This document shows, piece after piece, positions 16,301-20,000 of a stretch of 20,000 bases of DNA. Below the pieces are notes generated by a model. The model was not told the DNA's origin. It did no database searches and saw only the letters and a list, made by a program, of their open reading frames with translations. A program made the position numbers and the translations under genes. The stretch's first letter is position 1. The number at the start of each line of letters is the position of its first letter. Source of the DNA: an uncultured virus (IMG/VR IMGVR_UViG_3300024989_000227). Lineage: Duplodnaviria; Heunggongvirae; Uroviricota; Caudoviricetes. The DNA lies in the IMG/VR virus record IMGVR_UViG_3300024989_000227. One strand, written 5' to 3'.

Positions 16301-19300
16301 CACGCTGGTTTACGGCGCCGACTTCCCGCCGGAGAGCGTGGTGTTCTCGCTGCTGGTGGCCGATGGCGGCGTGCCGTCGGGTCTGCAGACGACCGAAGGC
16401 GTGAACATCTACCTCTACAATGAGGGCGGCTTGATCGTTGGCCGTCTTGGATACGACAGCGATGCGACGGCTGACCAGCCGAACGCGAACGGTACGATCG
16501 CATTCGCGATCGCGATCGAGCAGGATGGCAAGGTCGATCTCGCGCAATATCTGTCGCTGCGTCATCCCGATACGTCCAGCAACGACGAGACGATTTCGCT
16601 CAAGGGCGGCGTCGTCAAGGCCGTTCTGACGATCACGGATTCCGATGGTGACTCGGAATCCGACTCGGTTGATATCTCATCCCACATCCGCTTCGACGAC
16701 GACGGTCCGAGCATTATCGGCTCGGCGATCAGGAACACCGTCGACGAAGACGACATTTCCACGCCGTACGCGCACGGCACCAGCCCGAATGACGGGAACG
16801 ACCAGGACGGCTCATACACCGGCAGTCCGTCGGACAACGGTCCGGGACCTGCCGACGTGTTCGGCACGCTGGCGGGACATGTCAATTTCGGCTCCGACGG
16901 TCCGGGGGCGAACGCCTATTCGTTCACGTCGAACGCGACGACGGTGATGACGGGCCTTCATCTGACGTCGCACGGCAATGCGCTGAGCTACAACGTTACT
17001 GGCGACAAGCTGACCGCGACAGCCGGCGGACACACCGTTTTCACATTGACGGTCAACCAGTCCACCGGAGCTTACACATTCAGCCTGTTCGATTCCCTCG
17101 ATCACGTCAGTGGCAACGGTCAGAACACGGTGCTGGAGACGGGTCAGAGGGACCTGACGCAGATCGACTTCGGCTCGATCATCAAGGCAACCGATGGTGA
17201 CGGCGACAGCATCGGGCTGAACGGCCAGCTCATCATCACCATTCGGGACGACGTTCCGATCGCGCATGACGTCTTGGCGAAGACGCTGGACGACGAAGCG
17301 CAATCCTTTTTCCCGCCGAATTATGGTGGCGACGGCGACGTCTTCCCCAGTGTCAACATGGCCACCGGCAACGCCGGTACGCTGTTCGCGCCCGGCGCCG
17401 ACGGCATCAAGACCATTACCTTCACCGAGCCGAGCGGTATCCAGGCTATCTACAAGCTGCAAGGCGGCCTGGCAGGGGTGGAATCCGTCCATTACACGAC
17501 CACGACGGTCGGCGGTCACACGATCCTGTCTGCGATCGGCGACGTTTCCACCAATGTCGTGTTCACGCTCGATGTGAGCCCGGATGGCTCATACGTGCTC
17601 AAGGTCGGCGCGCCGTTGGTTCATCCAACCAACAGCACGACCGAAGAAAATCTATCGATCAAGATCGGCTTCACCGTGACCGACGGTGACGGCGATCCCG
17701 CAACCGGATCGCTGACGTTCAAGGTCAACGATGATACGCCGAACGTCGAGGTCTATCGGGCGTATGACCGCCACGGCGAGGTGACGCTGTCGACGCTGAC
17801 GCTCGACGAGTCGATCCATCAACTGCCGGGCGATTCAAACGCGACCTCCGATAATGTCCCCGGCGTCACCCAGCCGACACTTCTGACGTCCGTCGACCCA
17901 TCCAAGGCTATCGGCATCGTCTCGACTCCGACTTCGGGCCGCAATGCGACCACGATCGCCGACCTGTTCGATGTCAACGTCAGTTTCGGCGCGGACGGCG
18001 CAAAAGCCGCTGCGGTCAAGGAATACACGTTCACGCTGAAGGACGATCACGGACAGGCGGTTTCGGCTGGCTCGACCCATGGCGTGGAGACCAACCTCGT
18101 CGTGACGGCGCTTGCGGGGACGTCGCTCGCTGGTCTGTCGAATGATGCGCGCACGATCTATCTGTTCAAGGAGGCCGACGGATCCATTGTCGGCCGGGTT
18201 GGCGACAATCCGAACGGCGATATCGCGCTGCATATCGTGATGACGGATACCGGATCCGGTCCGAAGATGACGATCGAGCAGTATCTGCCGGTTCAACATA
18301 GCAATCCCAATTCGAGCGACGAATCCTCGGCGCTGACGTTCGATGACCGCGACGCGAGCCTGGGCATTACCTTGACGGTCACCGCAACCGACGGCGACGG
18401 CGACGTCGCATCGGGCTCGAGAACCATCATCATCGCCGATCGCAACAACTCGATCGTGAAGATTGAGGATGATGGTCCGCGGATCGTGAACTTCTTTGCG
18501 TCGGGGACGGTTATTCACGATGAAACGCCCGGTGTGACCGGCAACGATCCGAATGCATCGAATGACGTCACGTATAGCGATCTGCAGGCTGCAGTTCAGG
18601 CTTTGTTTGATGCGGTGGCGAACAAGGGCAACGACCCGGACGTCAGCGACGCGCTGAAGGACCACGGCGCCATCGGATTCGCCATGAGCGAGGCTGCCAT
18701 CGTCCAGGTCAGTGCCGATTTCGGCACCGATGGCGCTGCGATCAGCGGCTCGCAGGTCTTTACGCTTGCGGTCAATGGCGGCAACGGTGCCGATTCCGGC
18801 CTGAAAACCACCGAGGGACAGACGATCCGTCTTTTCCTGGAAGACGGGGTCGTCGTCGGCCGTTACGACAGCAACCACAGCGGCAGGGTCACTGGCAGCG
18901 ACGATGCCGCCTTCGCGATCGTGCTCGGACAGGACGGCAAGATCAGCATCGCGCAGTACGTTTCCCTGTTCAATCCGACGCCGGGCGCAAGCTACGACGA
19001 AGCTGCAATCGGGCTGAAGAATATTCTGGCCACCGTGACTCTCACGGACGGCGATGGCGATCACGTTTCGCAGACCATCAATATCAGCAACCACATTGTG
19101 TTCCAGGACGACGGCCCGAGCCTGGTCGTCACCGCGCCGGGTGCGATCAACGGGTTCGACTTCGGCACCTTCGATCTCAACGGCAATGCGTGGGGTCATG
19201 ACAGCGGCGTCGCGACCGGCACCAATGGGGGCTGGACGATCGCCGACGCTAATGATGGACACAGCGGCGGCGCCCTGATCGGCAACACCGGCAGCGGCAC

Positions 19301-20000
19301 GGTGCAGCTCGAACGGGTTGGCGACGGCTATCTCGGCATGCACTCGTCGGACAACGGCTTCATGGTCGATCTCGACGCCAGCGCGCGCGACATCCAGATC
19401 AGCCAGGTCGTCACAGGCCTCGTGGATGGCCAACACTACCAACTGCGCTTCGAGGCGGGTGCACCGTCGAACACCGCGCATCTGGAAGTCTGGTTCGGCG
19501 GCCAGAAGATTTTCGACCTCGATCCCACCGGACCGATGAAGTCCTATACTCTGGATTTGGTCGGCGGCTCCGGGCCTGACCATGACAACCTGCTCGAGTT
19601 CCGCGAGACCGGCACGCCGGACAATCAGGGCACTTATCTCGCCAACGTCTCCGTTGGTCAGATCATCATCGACGAAAGCGCTGGCAATCAGCCGAACACC
19701 AACGATGTCGATCCGAACAATTTGTTCGACGACGTTGCCAAGCAAGGGACCGATCCGCATATGGCCGGCCCGCAATTTGCCGCCGGTATTTCTGCCGTGG
19801 TCAATGTTGCGGCGAACTTCGGTGCAGACGGCCCATGGCATGGATCGGTTACGCAGGCGACGGTCTATTCGCTGTCCACCACCAACGGGATGGATTCCGG
19901 CTTGGCGACAACGGCGGGCGCGCCGATTGTTCTGTTCAACGAGACCTATAACGGCGTCACCTATGTCGTCGGCCGCTATGATTCCGACGGTTCCGGATCG
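13326..20000 (+). CDS. Giant LapA-like type I-secreted repetitive adhesin with DUF5801/T1SS-143-like repeats (3'-truncated, >2225 aa)
   Basis: ATG 13326 (MNGPFQIAQANTSG...). Frame spot-checked as continuous to 20000 (...VVGRYDSDGSGS). N-terminal retention-module-like region with PAAG at residues 122-125. D/G/T-rich repeats with TD(G/S)DGD at about 14871, 15402, 15993, 16635, 17190, 17679, 18387 and 19044, plus DDxP and GADG motifs. The C-terminal secretion signal is outside the window. Confidence 0.9.
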   Translation, partial: MNGPFQIAQANTSGVSGGKQPTRIVKVAKPFGEQSVVVALSYDGSVKADLSAIAGEKITLVHIGEKLIILFDNKSTVTLEPFFDSTGKPLEGITVEVSPGRDLTSAEFATLFPVTDDQSILPAAGNGEGNGAQASGAYFTSVGVDPLSLPNPLSLLGQEELPNFVINNLPTTPFINGIPTAGQNDFVALDEDEIAGAHGNPGGIGDIDAGASFSGFLTHNFSIDGFFGGEGKGDINFAAMNGTSQPINGIIVTFSWNQATHTLTANDGSNDVFRLVVTNPGTGAYTVTLLHALHHHTDALADNTEASAFFNLTFTVIDSNGTEANGKLSLEINDDTPIALPSQPHDTVVSGEGEGGSTTHYATIDDEGQAGGNIGGVGDDPGQSTSVAGTLDIAPGADGLKAVAFTNMDGVPQVLVTADDGSHPALRAVYVDPATGLGTIEDVTLSWHSDGAGGGTLTGASEHIAQVFTIKVDAAGNYTYTAFAPLAHPLTSNGGEEGGTTSFEDNLRLAFSYTATDGDGDRATSTLTINVDDDSPVINPAENSSLRDWTLDEDRLSGGNDAYDNPPDTNDYTVLADKDLGIHWGADGIGSLKFSASDAEHPTISITDQNGTPITTPLSSNGVDLVYEITQNADGGQTLTATKGANGPTIFTLTLDPNAGPTGTFTFSLQGHLDHPDGDGENRLDLNFSFIATDGDGDAVSSNIVIRVTDDRPYLIDKGVVDATVNENDIFTAWSQGSSPFDGHTELATGAAITTGHLAGLVAPGADTPLTWGFVSDQQAIAYMESLGLFSKQTALPDNGQSLTYTVTHVGGDVVLSAYEPATPGIPGSGNIVFSFTLDTHSGDFTFRLFDELVHVAGGETNTDLRSGEPGDGGQASIPYIDFGSIIKATDSDGDSVTLTDRVHVTVIDDIPQVHIGVNPLGIVQHDETPGVQPGNIIEFIQDPADSDTNSPLVKGKFAALEATGQTGDDPDVPGTGAIGYAQSAVSVVFNATLVYGADFPPESVVFSLLVADGGVPSGLQTTEGVNIYLYNEGGLIVGRLGYDSDATADQPNANGTIAFAIAIEQDGKVDLAQYLSLRHPDTSSNDETISLKGGVVKAVLTITDSDGDSESDSVDISSHIRFDDDGPSIIGSAIRNTVDEDDISTPYAHGTSPNDGNDQDGSYTGSPSDNGPGPADVFGTLAGHVNFGSDGPGANAYSFTSNATTVMTGLHLTSHGNALSYNVTGDKLTATAGGHTVFTLTVNQSTGAYTFSLFDSLDHVSGNGQNTVLETGQRDLTQIDFGSIIKATDGDGDSIGLNGQLIITIRDDVPIAHDVLAKTLDDEAQSFFPPNYGGDGDVFPSVNMATGNAGTLFAPGADGIKTITFTEPSGIQAIYKLQGGLAGVESVHYTTTTVGGHTILSAIGDVSTNVVFTLDVSPDGSYVLKVGAPLVHPTNSTTEENLSIKIGFTVTDGDGDPATGSLTFKVNDDTPNVEVYRAYDRHGEVTLSTLTLDESIHQLPGDSNATSDNVPGVTQPTLLTSVDPSKAIGIVSTPTSGRNATTIADLFDVNVSFGADGAKAAAVKEYTFTLKDDHGQAVSAGSTHGVETNLVVTALAGTSLAGLSNDARTIYLFKEADGSIVGRVGDNPNGDIALHIVMTDTGSGPKMTIEQYLPVQHSNPNSSDESSALTFDDRDASLGITLTVTATDGDGDVASGSRTIIIADRNNSIVKIEDDGPRIVNFFASGTVIHDETPGVTGNDPNASNDVTYSDLQAAVQALFDAVANKGNDPDVSDALKDHGAIGFAMSEAAIVQVSADFGTDGAAISGSQVFTLAVNGGNGADSGLKTTEGQTIRLFLEDGVVVGRYDSNHSGRVTGSDDAAFAIVLGQDGKISIAQYVSLFNPTPGASYDEAAIGLKNILATVTLTDGDGDHVSQTINISNHIVFQDDGPSLVVTAPGAINGFDFGTFDLNGNAWGHDSGVATGTNGGWTIADANDGHSGGALIGNTGSGTVQLERVGDGYLGMHSSDNGFMVDLDASARDIQISQVVTGLVDGQHYQLRFEAGAPSNTAHLEVWFGGQKIFDLDPTGPMKSYTLDLVGGSGPDHDNLLEFRETGTPDNQGTYLANVSVGQIIIDESAGNQPNTNDVDPNNLFDDVAKQGTDPHMAGPQFAAGISAVVNVAANFGADGPWHGSVTQATVYSLSTTNGMDSGLATTAGAPIVLFNETYNGVTYVVGRYDSDGSGS

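Noticed and set aside
17835..19841. 668-aa minus-strand ORF, and other antisense ORFs such as 15564-16565, 16812-17519 and 13785-14474
   Set aside because: Antisense shadows of the adhesin; biased codon use in a GC-rich gene leaves the opposite strand open, and the translations show no protein motifs.
1..20000. CRISPR array, DGR/retron, IS element or rRNA
   Set aside because: No regularly spaced repeats, reverse transcriptase or transposase motifs, or rRNA-like sequence were seen by eye.

Overview
High-GC sequence with an alphaproteobacterial (Hyphomicrobiales-like) gene repertoire; the taxon is inferred from protein families. Bases 1-~11940 are one end of an integrated prophage-like element. 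It is a single + strand run of tightly coupled genes, many with ATGA/TGATG overlaps. In order: the end of a protein with a duplicated winged-helix-like motif, a HerA/DUF87-like P-loop ATPase with five Myb/GcrA-like HTH repeats, a T4 Pnkp-type HAD phosphatase, a host-like NYN (LabA/DUF88) protein, a ParB-like protein, an ASCH/PUA-like protein, several small zinc-binding or mosaic phage proteins, a putative excisionase and a tyrosine integrase. The integrase stops 26 bp upstream of a complete, co-oriented tRNA-Gln(CUG) at 11943-12016, which suggests integration at the 5' side of the tRNA. Downstream are two small exported host proteins and, from 13326 to beyond the window end, a >2225 aa LapA-like T1SS adhesin. 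The adhesin is missing from the ORF track because it has no stop in the window. No CRISPR array, rRNA, IS element or virion structural gene is visible.
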